In this document: positions 1-12,382 of the stretch, one piece after another
Position numbering within the stretch: position 1 is the first letter of the stretch
Layout: each line of letters begins with the position of its first letter
NCBI RefSeq assembly: GCF_006345805.1
Contig: NC_042998.1
Location: 102,610,001-102,674,000, forward strand
Length of the DNA: 64,000 nt
Direction of reading: 5' to 3'
Source of the DNA: Octopus sinensis
Lineage: Eukaryota
The notes under the pieces: generated by a model
Told to the model about the DNA's origin: nothing
The model's database searches: none
The model's input: only the letters and a program-made list of their open reading frames with translations
Position numbers and translations under genes: made by a program

Positions 1-842
1 TGGACGCTAAAAAGCATCTTTACTCGTTACAAAGAAAGACTCCATTAGCTACTTCATCCAGACAAAGAATTTGTGAAAATAGCTTAGTCTTTCACAAAGC
101 GCGTCGAATATATTTATGAAACATCTATCTTTCACGTCAAAGAAATTGATAAAAAGAAAAGATACTAGTTGTAATCTTGTAAGAATATAATCTTCTTCAT
201 TCTAAAATAGAACCGTATAAACATTATTGAACAAACTCTGATGAATATCGTCTATGCATTGATTCATTTTTACTTCATTAAGCATTTTGTAGACATCCTT
301 TATATCGTAAATCATCTTAGCGTGAAGGGGCTAACATTGGCAAAGGAAAATTAAGGGAGACATTTTAGAATAGTATGAACCATTCAAAGGAAACAATCTC
401 TATTATTTTGCAAAGCAAAGAATATCGATCTATTTGCATCTCTTATGTGATGTAAATATATAAAATCCAGAATAATCAGAATAAAAATAACTTCTCGCCT
501 ACATTCGTAATTATTGTAAGGCTTGAATAGAATATTATTTATACAAGTGCTACACACACAAATATATATGCATATAAATAAAAAAATACATTCAAACACA
601 TGCCGTCAAATATTCGCACACACAAACCCATGTATAAATATGTATACACACACACACACACACACATATATAAATTTATATATATATATATATTGGAGTA
701 GTTGAATGAATTATCTTATTAAGGATAATTCGAATTAACCGATACCTGGGTAGAAAATTCACATCAGAAAAACACGGTTGAAATTTCGTGCCTAGGGCAT
801 AGATTACGTGCTTTCGTGTGTTTATTTTAAAAATATAATATA

Positions 843-908
843 TGAAAGAATGGAGCTGAACGACGAATTAACAAAATTCCTTTATTTTCGACATATGTTT
901 CGAAGGCT
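843..908 (-). ncRNA. 3' half of a type I hammerhead ribozyme (inverted pLTR end)
   Basis: Minus strand reads ccttc-GAAA-CATATG-TC-gaaaataaagg; palindromic stem III ACATATGT, GUC cleavage triplet; the CUGANGA half is missing. Confidence 0.7.
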
Positions 909-923
909 ACGTATGGATTACAA

Positions 924-3033
924 ATGAAAACACAACCGCTGAACCCAAGACAACCAAGATTCATCGTCAAGAACCACAAACCAAATTTTCACACCAATCC
1001 AGGATTAAGGCTCATATGCCCCTCTAGTTCTGACATCGGTTCCATTAGTAAGTACATTTTAGATAAATACATACCTAGATTAATCAATAAGTTAAAACTC
1101 AACATATGGTCTAACTCCACTCAAGTCGTAGAGTGGTCTTCTTCTATTTCTAATAAAAACAGCACAAAATTCATTCAATTCGATATTTCTAGTTTCTACC
1201 CTTCGATCAACCCTAGTGTACTCAATAAGGCCCTATGGCACGCACATAATAAGGCAGGCCTCCCAGGGGAGGAAATTAATATAATTTTAGCGGCTAGAAA
1301 ATCCTTCATACAGTTCGATGATAAGTTATGGGTCCGTAAGGATACTCCTAACGCGATCGATGTGCCAATGGGAAGTTCAGACAGCGCGCAGATAACCGAT
1401 TTGGTCGGAATCTATATTCTCTTTGAATTAGCCGACCAATTCCCGGACATCTGCAGCGGTCTGTATCGAGACGATTGTCTATTTTACCTACAGAATGCTC
1501 CGAACAGTATGATACAGAAGACCAAAAACAAATTAGCTAGATTTTTTAGCAGAATGGGCATGAGCATAGTTTTCGACGACGAACTAACTAAAGCCAACTT
1601 CTTAGATGTTACCCTAAATCTGGATTACAATTCTTACTTCCCTTACCATAAGCCTTCTACTAACCTTAAATATGTCAGCATTTTCAGTAACCATGCAAAA
1701 ACTATCACCGATAATTTAGTTAAAAATATATCCTTAAGACTATCAAATTTATCTGCGAATGTCGACGTTTTTAAACAAAAAGCGGAATTTTATAATGCCG
1801 CCTTGTCAAAAGCCGGCTATAGGGATAAGGTGTCATATATCGACCCGGCCCACTCTAAACTAATATTTGCTCCTCAGGATAAGAAAACTAATAACAATAG
1901 AAATAATGTAATTAATGATTTCAGCTCTAGCAACGTCGACACTAATATAATTAACAAAAATAATTTACGGACCAGGGGAGGCAATCGAAAACCAACATCA
2001 ATTCTACAACACAGAAATACTCCCTTTAATGTAAATGTTAACACTCTGAGCCATCCTAAGTCCCCCAAAAACTATATCTGGTTTGTCATTCCTTTCGGGA
2101 AACAAATCAGGTCTAATCTCCCTTTACAGTTCCGTGAAGCCGTAGCTAGAAACTTTCCCAGGAATTCTAGGTATCTACTATCAATTCGCATAAGGTGAGG
2201 ATTGCATTCTCCAACACTAGAAATCTATCGCAGATAATTGCCTCCCATAATAATAAGCTGCTAAATAAGGACTCATCTCCCAGGAGTAGCGACATTGCCC
2301 TTACCAATTCCAACCTAACATACAATAATAATAATAATATAAATAGTATTGATATTAGCAACATGGCGTTAATAATAGTAATAATGATAATAACATTAGC
2401 CGGATTATTAACAGTGGTGGTGTTAGTGGTAATAGTAACAGCATTTCTAATAACAGTTGTATTATTGATGATAACAATCACAGCATTCCTATAGTCAAAG
2501 AAATTGCCGACGATATTACAATTAATAGTAATGATAATAAGATGAATAGCATCGTGGCCAATACTTGCAAAAATATTTACACCTATCATAACAATAAAAA
2601 CTCTGTCTTAGTATCGGAAGTTAACCCCAACAGATTAAAGTTCTTATCCAAAAATTCTAAAATTAGAAACACCATTTACCAGTGCAAAATTTCTTCTGGA
2701 ACTGATGTCTTCTTCTACATTGGAGCAATTTCTTCTAAATTAGCTCAAAGGATCTCCAATCATTACTCAACTTTCCGAGATAAGAGAAAACAACACAGCA
2801 CGGGACTAAGTAAATTAGTTTGGCGTCTGAAGGACAGCAATACAACTTTCAAGCTGGAATGGTCCATATTGTCGGTATCCTTTCCGTTTGATAAGGGCAG
2901 AAAACTTTGTGGCATCTGTAATTCCGAACTTTTTTATATTTTGTTCGCCAAAGTCCCTTTAATAAATACAATCGTCGAGAGATCATACAAGTGCATGCAC
3001 TGGCAAAAACACACCTTTCACTCATATGAATAA
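924..3033 (+). pseudogene. PLE RT + GIY-YIG endonuclease ORF broken by two frameshifts (~2172, ~2375)
   Basis: ORFs 924-2198, 2195-2494 and 2542-3033 are collinear with the intact 871-aa ORF at 50545-53160; adding one base at each site restores the frame (RY-STINSHKVRIAFS; NGVNNSNNDNN...). Confidence 0.88.
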
Positions 3034-3394
3034 TGATTAATATATATAACCCCTTGAATTTTAATTAATATAACTTCTTTTTTATATATGTCACCCCTAC
3101 AGTCATAAAAATTTTTTTTATACTTTCAAAGAACTACTACCCAATCTAGTGAGGTTGTGCCTTAGTCCCTCTACCGCGCCCTCCTCTTTCTCTCTCTATT
3201 TCCCTCTCTCTATAGTAAGCACAATCAACCATACAGACACAAACCTCTCACCTCACCACTGTATGTTTTTTGACATCTACCCATCCACATACACAATCAT
3301 GCATTCACATACATACACACACACACATTAATGCACTGATATACAGTCACACACATCGATTTTTTTAACTCGAAATGTATGAAAAGCAACGTAG

Positions 3395-3900
3395 ATACCG
3401 GCGGCATTTGAGCTCAAGACTTAAAGAAGGAAGAAATGCCGCTAAGCATTTTAACCCGGCACAGTAACAACTCTGTCTGCTCGACGCCTTAAGTTTAACA
3501 ATGATATTGTTTTCAACTGTTATAAGGCTAGTCGATTAAATTAACCACAATCCTCAACTGGTAGTTATTTCATCGACACCGAGAGGATGAATGGAAAAGT
3601 GAACCCCAGAGGCATTTGAACTCAGAACGTAAAGACAGACGAAATGCAGGTAAGCATATTTCCCGGCGCAGTAATCATTCTGCCTGCTCACCGCCTTATC
3701 AAACGTCTTTGTTTCAAATGTTAGCACAAGGCCAGCAGTTTTGGAGAGGGGTAAGTCGACTGCATCGATCAGAGTAGTCGAGTAACACTTAATATATTGA
3801 GCTCGAAAAAGAGAAAAGGTGAAGTCGATCTCGGCGGCATTCGAACGTAGAACATTAAGATGGGAAAAATGCCGCAACGTGAAGTTTAAAATTTTAACCA
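3395..3900 (-). mobile_element. Cluster of ~3 degenerate tRNA-derived octopus SINE copies
   Basis: Repeated ggcggcatttgaactcagaacgt..gaaatg..aagcat blocks at ~3400, ~3610 and ~3830; related copies at 44280-44700. Confidence 0.7.
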
Positions 3901-4103
3901 TTCAATTCTTATTCTTTTTAAGTATACGTGTTTATGTGAGTTGTGTGCACAATAGAGGATGAACTACCTCTATTTGGCAGAAAAACTGTTGGCGGCAAGC
4001 CACAACACACAACACACACACACACCACTATATATATATACATATACATATACATATACATATAAATATATATATATTATATAATATATATATATATATA
4101 TAT

Positions 4104-4136
<33 letters not shown>

Positions 4137-4259
4137 ACGAGAAGCTTTACGAAAATAAACAAAAGCGAAGGCAGGTGGAGTACAAACAAACAATTGTATT
4201 AGTATGGCCCACCGGAAAAAATGGCGCTCATATATACATATATATATAGAGAGAGAGAC

Positions 4260-4294
<35 letters not shown>

Positions 4295-4324
4295 GAGACA
4301 GACAGAGAGACAGAGACAGATAGA

Positions 4325-4337
4325 TAAGCTAGCTAGC

Positions 4338-4430
<93 letters not shown>
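4325..4430. repeat. (GATA)n microsatellite; similar tracts at 33170-33365, 39790-39885, 56925-57005 and 63810-63960
   Basis: Direct reading. Confidence 0.98.
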
Positions 4431-5338
4431 GTGTATGTATGATTGTGTGTATGTAGTGAACATAGTTATTTCATGTGTGTCGGTAAAAAGTGCGGTGTTT
4501 CGTCTAGACCTATTTAAAGACGTAACGTGTGAAGTAACACATGTCTCAGGGCTAAGCGAAACGACATGGCTCAGAAATGAACGCAAGCGGCAGACACCGA
4601 CATTTCGCACTCAGTTCCATTCTTCAGTGTCTCATGCCCATCCACTCCTGAAACGACACCCAACAGTCAGCCAGAGGTATGTATAGAAATAACATAAAAC
4701 CAATATGTGAAGATGTCGATATCTAACGCTTTGGTTCACATCCGGAGTGATTTCGTTTCGCTTTCCTTTGAGATATGACGTCTTTTAAATACGATACTGC
4801 TTCAAAGATACATAGGAAAAAAGAGGACTAATATGATATTGCACTTCCTTTCTCTTACTCACTTTCTTCTGCGCTCTCTTAAAGGAAGTATGGCAAATTT
4901 GTAACATTTAGATAATGTTATTCATTATATCTCTGTGAGTATGTGTTTGAGTGTGTATGTATCTAAGTGTATGTCAAAATGGGACTCATCATACTTGCGC
5001 TTCACAGATTTGAATAAAACACCTATATTCTACTTATCTTAGACACACGCACGCATAGATGTGTGTGCGTGTATATATATATATACCTATCTGCCTATCT
5101 ATATCTATCTATCCATATATATATGGATAGATAGATATAGATAGGTAGAGAGGTAGATTAATATATATATATATATCTATATATATATATTACTTTAATA
5201 TATGCGCTACTAATAGCTTGAACTACATAAGTACGTTCATCAGCGCCTGAAGAACGTGTCATGATATTAGAATTTGTGTGTACTATAAATTATATCTCTG
5301 TCATTTCTAACTTTATAATATGTATATGTATATATATA

Positions 5339-5380
<42 letters not shown>

Positions 5381-5907
5381 TATATTATATATATATATAT
5401 TATATATATCTATATATATATATATATAATATATATATATGATATGATATAAATGAGATCAAACAGTAAAAGGCTGTTGTCATAATAATACTCGGAGATT
5501 CGAATGTCGAATGAAGACCTACTATTCATTGTTGTCGGCTATTAATGGCAACAGACGCTATGAAAAACCATTAGATAAAAGGTAAGTAACTATAATAGGT
5601 AGAAAAAGAAAAAACAAAAAATACATGCAATTTTATTTTTTCATAATACATTGACATAACCCTCCTGAGTTCACAACATCTACATACGTACACGTTCACA
5701 GAATTATATATACGTACATGTACACACACAATCATAGATGTGTGCACGTACTCATATATACACACATATCGACACACACGTATATATGTATATATGTACG
5801 CAACCACATCTTCATATACACATATGCGCTTAAATGCATACACGTAACATAATGCCTATGTATTTAGACATTTATACGTATAAATATACGTATATATATA
5901 TATATAT

Positions 5908-5956
<49 letters not shown>

Positions 5957-6070
5957 GAGAGAGATACATAGATTCGCACTCCCGCTTACACACACACACA
6001 TATATTATATATATATATATATATATCTATATATATATAATATATATATATAATATATATATATATATAT

Positions 6071-6102
<32 letters not shown>

Positions 6103-6105
6103 ATA

Positions 6106-6240
6106 TGAAAGAAGGTTTGAAAATGCAATTTAAAAGATGTTTATTTACTTTACCGGTTTCACTCTTTGGAAAAGTTGTCCAAAGAGTGAAACCGGTAAAG
6201 TAAATAACATCTTTTAAATTGCATTTTCAAACTTCTTTCA
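6106..6240. repeat. Near-perfect 135-bp hairpin between (TA)n tracts, derived from a PLE pLTR/HHR end
   Basis: Arms 6106-6170 and 6178-6240 differ only by two homopolymer indels; 7-nt loop; each strand contains GAAACCGGTA (HHR stem III plus GUA). Confidence 0.9.
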
Positions 6241-6284
6241 TATATAATTCCTCTCGTGCGGTACCCCTCAACTCCACTTTGTTA

Positions 6285-6333
<49 letters not shown>

Positions 6334-7049
6334 AAATAATATGTTACAACTACTCAATAGTCAAGATAAAACTCTGAGTTTCAGATGCCGAAGTGGAAAT
6401 CCACAACACCATCTCTTCGGTTATCTGGCCATCTGAAAAACGCAATGAAAAATACCGTTATACAAAGGCAAATTTCTGGATTATAATTCTGCTCGCGAAC
6501 CCACGTGCGTACTTACACGTCACTTTGAAAACTTACACATCTTCACTCGCATCTTTCGCCAAATATATACGCATATATATACAAATTCATACACACACAC
6601 ATGCGTACCGTAAAATTACATACATACGTCTATATACGCACAAGCACAAGAAAAACCATGGTTAAAGGTAAGAGAAAAAACATAACGAAGTATACAAAGC
6701 ATAAAAACCACGTTCATATACGTACATGCCCCTATGCACTCATACACACACACGCCCATATATGTACATACCCGCACATATTTATATACGCATACATACA
6801 CACGCATATACAAAAAATGAATATACATATGCCCCCCCCCCCCAAATGGAAAAATACTAAGTAAAAACGTCTATATATATGTGCATTCTCATGGCCACAC
6901 ACACGTACACATCTAAAACTGTCCACTCATACATATTCACACACGTTTACAAATGAATCTATATACACATCTATATAGGCACAGGAAAAAATGCAGGATA
7001 GAAAAGTACAGAAAAAATTATTATATGTGAACATATAAAAATATATGAA

Positions 7050-7735
7050 ATAATAAAAGGTATAATGAGATAAAAAAACTTTTTGGGGCATAATATAGAA
7101 AGCAAGTTCTACCTGTTTTCTTTAGGGGAGCAAAAACGTAACAAAAATTTAGTCATATGTGGGCATGTTTCGAAAAGTTCTGTCCTTGAGTTTAGACATG
7201 TAGTAGGGTCTAAGCTGCTTTTCCAGATAAGCCATCTCTCCATCTCGCATAGACCGCACCTTCCGCTGCCGTTTGTGTAGGGCTTACATTTGGCCAAAAT
7301 CTTCCAATGGATGTTATAGTCGACACCTTTATCTTTTAAAGACCAAATATGATTAGTAATTTTGTCGCTTTTCTTTTGTTCCAGTGCCTAAAACTCAAGG
7401 TGTGGTTATTGAACCTGGCTTTGTAATTACCCTCTGTAAGGCCCACGTATTTCTTCGTCGAAACGGCGTCTTTAGTGGTTATAGAGTCCACGGTAGCTTC
7501 ATAGATGATGGTCTCGGACATGCAAGCTCCATTTAGCGGGCACAATTTTTTATTCCTGCATGAACAGCTGTTTTCTTGTTGTGGTTTTTGTGCGTTATGT
7601 GTGATTATATTTTTAAAATTGGTAGTAGAACTAAAACTAATTTTTAACTTATGTTTATTGAAGAGTTTCCTATAAGTATGGTTAACTGGAAAATGTCTAT
7701 CTATCAGTGTTAAGAAATATTTACCTATATTGGCG
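7050..7735 (-). pseudogene. C-terminal PLE fragment: CxCx5Cx5C linker plus GIY-YIG endonuclease, frameshifted
   Basis: NIGKYFLTLIDRHFP...CSCRNKKLCPLNGACMSETIIYEATV...YVGLTEGNYKARFNNH...KPYTNGSGRCGLCEME...LNSRTELFETCPH. Confidence 0.88.
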
Positions 7736-7866
7736 AAAGATGCGAGTGAAGATGTGTACGTTTTCATAGTGACGCACAAGTACGCACGTGGGTTCGCGAG
7801 CAGAATTATAATACAGTAATTTCCCTTTGTATAACGGTATTTTTTCATAGCGTTTTTCAGATGGAC

Positions 7867-7929
7867 AGATAACCGAAGAGATGGTGTTGTGGATTTCCAC
7901 TTCGGCATCTGAAACTCAGAGTTTTATCT
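7867..7929 (+). ncRNA. Variant hammerhead-like motif in the PLE-3 pLTR (second copy 6364-6426, minus strand)
   Basis: agataa-CCGAAGA-gatg..catc-t-GAAA-ctcagag-TT-ttatct: 6-bp stem I and near-palindromic stem III, but the core is CCGA rather than CUGA and the stem II register is ambiguous. Confidence 0.5.
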
Positions 7930-8029
7930 TGACTATTGAGTAATTGTAACATATTATTTTACAGAGAAATTTCCTCAATTTATATAATATTGAGGTCTCT
8001 TTCTTTCTTTTGTTATCTTACCGTTTTTA

Positions 8030-8069
<40 letters not shown>

Positions 8070-8476
8070 CATATCTATCTTCTCATCTCCCCTTCACCGT
8101 TCCTTCTCTCTTACTCCTCCTCCTCGACTCTCTCGTCGCTGACACGTGATCACTGGGAACCCATCTTTCTGACTACTATCTTCACAAAAACCAAACCAGC
8201 TTATCCTGTCTCTTCATCTCTTCATAAGCTCTCTCCTTAAGCTGTCAGAATAATTTTTCCATTGTCCTGGCTTAACATCCCTCATCGATTGTTTTTACTG
8301 TTTTTACATTTTTCTGTCTTGTTTCTCTTTTTTTTCGTGGTTTGAAAAAACGTTCATTTTTATGTTTTTGTTTAATGTTCTCGTTTCTCATTGTGTTGAA
8401 CGTTTTTTGATGTCCTGTTACCATATATGCATGTATATATATATATATGATATATATATATATATATATATATATA

Positions 8477-8612
8477 GGCGCAGGAGTGGCTGTATAGGTG
8501 CAGGAGTGGCTGTGTGGTAAGTAGCTTGCTCACCAACCACATGCTTCCGGTTTCATTCCCACATGGCCGCAGTCAAATGACTGAAACAAGTAAAAGAGTA
8601 AAAGAGTAAAAG
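8477..8612 (+). mobile_element. Internally deleted octopus tRNA-derived SINE
   Basis: ggcgcaggagtggctgtgtggtaagtagcttgc..accaaccacatg head joined to the catggccgcagtcaaatgactgaaacaagtaaaagag tail; same family as 13980-14385. Confidence 0.8.
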
Positions 8613-8701
8613 AGTATATATATATATATACATATGTAGGTATGTACATATATGTATGTATATATGCATATATTTATATATTATTTATATTATATATATA
8701 T

Positions 8702-8734
<33 letters not shown>

Positions 8735-9489
8735 ATGCGTATATATACATACATCCTCCCATCACACACCTACACTCGCACATATACAAGCATATGTATA
8801 TCCGTATAAAGAAGAGAGCATTTGCATGAAGTCGCACATATCCACTGGACGCAGTCTTGCACTCATTTACATATATACACCCATTATATATACATGCACA
8901 CACATATACACACTACATACACACACACACACGCGCGCGCATAGGTAAATAAAAAGGAAAAAGAAAAAATTACACATATATATATACAAGATGAAAATAT
9001 TAAAAGTTATTTATATGAATCTCGTCAGATTCTTATTTCTCCAAAGAATAAACAATAATTTCATGCAAAGCATTGCTAAATCATAAAACTGACTGATGTA
9101 AAATATACTCATGTTTACAAGCGTGAGCTTTAATAATCTGAACGTATAATGAATATAAAACGAAACCAAAATTCAGATAGAAAAAATAAATTAAATAAAC
9201 AAAACAATTACAACGGTCATAAAAGTTTCTTATGATAAATTAATCTAAAATAATCACTGACCATTTTTATAATATAAAATCAACATAATAGAATCTATAT
9301 AATATATCAAGAATTTAAGGTGGAGTAGGAAATATATTTTAAATTTTTCTACATACTATTGTCAAAAAATTAAATAAGGATATATCATATTCACTTACGA
9401 AATTCATTAAAATAATCTTTCAGTCGACGAATCATTAATTCAAGAGTTAAACACCGATGTCAAATATTTCTTTTTTCCTCTAGTTTCAG

Positions 9490-11490
9490 CTCAGAGCTGT
9501 GGCCATGCTGATGCACCGCCGTTTTGCTACACTGTTATTACTAAATACCTCCTCTATTATGTGGCACTTGGTGAAGCATAGAGTTTGATATAGCTAGCCT
9601 CATTTGCACCTCTTGCCGTGACGTCGGTTCATCTGGGACTCTCGACAGGAAAGGTCCAGCTTTGATTTAAAAAAACCCTGCATTTACTTTGTGCAAGTTC
9701 CTCAGATTCTGGGAGAATATTTAAAAGCTGTAGGCCCTTGAAACCCAGGCTGTTGCAGTACCTGGTCTTCAAGCGCGATTGCTGGGACCTTTGGCACTAT
9801 GCAGTGTCTACCTGTTCTGGCACTGGTGTAGCTTTCAATGCCAAAATTTGGCACAATTCCTTCCAGATTCTTCCAGATATATATTACTGCATACCTCTCC
9901 CGTCTTCTCTCTAGGGAATAGAGTCTTAACTGTTTCACCCTTTTTCAGTAGCTGGGCTGTTGCAAGGAGACGATCTTCTTTGGGAATCTTCTCTGGATTG
10001 GTTCAAGGTCCGCTTTAATTTCACATTGGTGGGTGACTATAGTTGTGAGCAGTAATCCGGGCGACTGAGGACGAATGTCCGCCAGAGGATCATCATGGTT
10101 TCCTTATCTCTGATTCTGAATGTTGTAAGGATCCATCAAACCAGTCGTCTGCACTTTGTCGCTATCCTGGTAATGTGCAATTGGAAAGAGGTATCAACAC
10201 TCATGTCGATACCCAGATCCCTAACTGACTTACGCTCTGGGATTGAAATTCCCTGTGGACCGGTGTTCTCTGTAAGTTTCAAATTAAGTTTTGGATGCTG
10301 ATAGAGCAAGGCTTGGAATATTTCAGCATTAAACTGCATATTATTATCCTCAGCCCATTTGTAAATTGAGTCCAACTCCTGCTGCAGGTATGCAACTTTG
10401 CTGCGATTCTATATTTTCTGCGAGACTTTTGTACCATCTGCATAGCTTGCAAGGGTGGCTATCCGGGCATTTGAGGGCATATCTGAGATGGTCACTATAA
10501 AAAGCAGTGGTCGCAAGACTGTGACCTGTGGAACACCTCTCACTATTTGTGTGTGTATAGAGGTGGCTCCATTAGCAACTAATGCGTGGCCACTATCTTT
10601 CAGGAAGTCATGTAACCACTCTCCAAGTTTTCCAGCTATGCCAAGGTCACGCAGTTTGTGGCATATCATACCCTGATCCACCTTGTCAAAAACTTTTGCA
10701 AAATCAACATATATTATGCCCACATTTGATTTGTTGAGTAACTACCTCAACACCCAGTCATAACGTAAGAGCTGGATCAGGCCGCTTCTACCTGGCCAAA
10801 AACCATGCAGGGTATCACTCAGCAAGGTATTTCCTTCAAGGAATGCGATTAGTGTCCCTCTGACTATCCGTTCCATGACTTTGCTGATGTGTGAAGTCAG
10901 AGAGATAGGTCTATAGTTTTGGGATCTGCTCTACTTCCCTCATTATATATTGGGTATATTATCCTCTCCTTCAGCTTGCTTGGAAGAGGTTCTGGAGGGG
11001 TTTTGCCAGTGTATGCTTACACCTCAGCTCTTATATAGAGGATGCAGGAGTTCACGTACCAAACTATGTCTTACTGCGAACAGACAGAAGGCAAAGGAAC
11101 CATGACTCCGTTCCGTTCTGTTTGTACGCAGTATAGTTTGGTACGTGTAATTCTGCATCCTCTATATAAGGGCTGAGGTGCGTTTCCACGAGTGCTATGC
11201 ACAGGGCTTGATTGCGTGCAGTAAAATCTCTCAGGAAAGAAATTTTGTTTTATTTTGATGCAACAGGCCCCCAATATTTAGTAAAAGTATTGGGGTCACG
11301 ACTGTGCAGGCGTTAGGGGAGGCCATCCCGTGTGTTGACTGTGGTGGTCTTGCACAGTGGTGGGCAAGGTTCCTTGTTTGTGTTTTGTGTAGCCAGGTTA
11401 GCTGCGGTACAATATGCATAAAGCTACGGTTATCATAAACTATAATATTTCTTATATCACAATGATAATGATAAAGAAATAAATAATCAA
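9490..11490 (-). mobile_element. Decayed CR1-like LINE (APE start, RT and 3' region)
   Basis: IIYVDFAKVFDKVDQG...RGVPQVTVLRPLLFIVTISDMP...YADGTK; LYSLERRRERYAVIYIWK; N-terminal LLNIGGL; many frameshifts. Confidence 0.85.
11021..11179. repeat. ~160-bp imperfect palindrome (MITE-like)
   Basis: acctcagc..ttatatagaggatgcag..cacgtaccaaactat..actgcg pairs with cgcagt..atagtttggtacgtg..ctgcatcctctatataa..gctgaggt. Confidence 0.7.
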
Positions 11491-11876
11491 ACAAGTACTT
11501 AGTTTTACCAAAGAAAATAAACGAAAGGAAAGAAATAGTTTTATATTTCCATAATTTCTATGTGCATGTAAGTTCGAAAGAACAGAATATTATGATATAT
11601 ACTAAATCTTAAGGGGTATACGAGAAATATTTATAAATGCATAATTATTCCAAAAGATATATAATCATATTTAAAAAGTTTGTTCACGTCATCGTTAAAA
11701 GTTCTACCACAACCTCATGCACCAATGAATTTTTTTTAAATCAAAAAATTAGTATCATTTTATTTGTTGAGTCATGAATCTAATTAATTATCGAATTATT
11801 TAAAATCTATACAAATTCAAATATATATACATACAAAGAAACATAGATACATATGTGCGCGCACACGCACACATAG

Positions 11877-11912
<36 letters not shown>

Positions 11913-11915
11913 CAT

Positions 11916-11951
<36 letters not shown>

Positions 11952-12284
11952 AATAAGTTACAGTAACCGTGTTGTTAATATATTTACTGTTACGGATGAA
12001 AGGCAAACTCCATAGAACGCAATCTCAGAACATAGCTGCAGAGAGAATAATGTTTAGTACTTTTTCCAGTCCACCAGTCCACTACCGACCGTGTCATTTC
12101 ATCTTTTCAATTTATTAAGTAAAAATATATAGATACATACAAAACATACACACACACATATATATGTGTGTGTGTGTGTGTGTCTCTCTCTCTCTCTATA
12201 TATATATATGTGTGAGTGTGTGTGTGTATTTATATATAGGTTTTCCAAAAAGAACAAAAGGAATTCTATCACTACCACCATGAT

Positions 12285-12331
<47 letters not shown>

Positions 12332-12343
12332 ATAATAATAATA

Positions 12344-12382
<39 letters not shown>

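Larger units (their letters stand above)
843..3350 (+). mobile_element. Penelope-like retroelement (Hydra-type), 5'-truncated, with an inverted pLTR fragment at its 5' end (PLE-1)
   Basis: RT motifs FIQFDISSFYPSI, VPMGSSDSAQITDLVG, GLYRDDCL, FLDVTLNL; C-terminal GIY-YIG (IYQC...FYIGA...RISNH...CGIC.SE...KCMH). 843-908 is the reverse complement of an HHR-bearing 3' end homologous to 49808-49877. The 3' boundary is approximate and no 3' HHR is seen. Confidence 0.9.
6331..7962 (-). mobile_element. Hydra-type PLE, heavily 5'-truncated, with ~230-bp inverted pLTR copies at both ends (PLE-3)
   Basis: 6331-6561 is the reverse complement of 7731-7962; internal minus-strand thumb/GIY-YIG coding fragment; (TA)n on the left and ~70 bp to the right. 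Confidence 0.85.

Noticed and set aside
384-705. Short ORFs rich in YI/HT/CV repeats here and throughout (e.g. 22549-22959, 27789-28076, 63597-63979)
   Set aside because: They are translations of (TA)n, (CA)n and (GATA)n microsatellites.
2167-2589. Hydrophobic ORFs (2167-2589 minus; second half of 2195-2494) that look like membrane proteins
   Set aside because: Antisense or out-of-frame readings of the Asn/Ser-rich PLE linker.
4429-4686. 85-aa ORF ending near a gag|gtatgt donor-like site
   Set aside because: It starts inside a microsatellite and has no homology or acceptor support.
5235-5262. Back-to-back CTGATGA/CTGAAGA motifs
   Set aside because: No stem II, GAAA or stem I partner found on either strand.
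7336-7908. 190-aa ORF as an independent gene with a novel N-terminus
   Set aside because: Its first ~58 codons are the inverted pLTR read through by chance into the truncated PLE frame.
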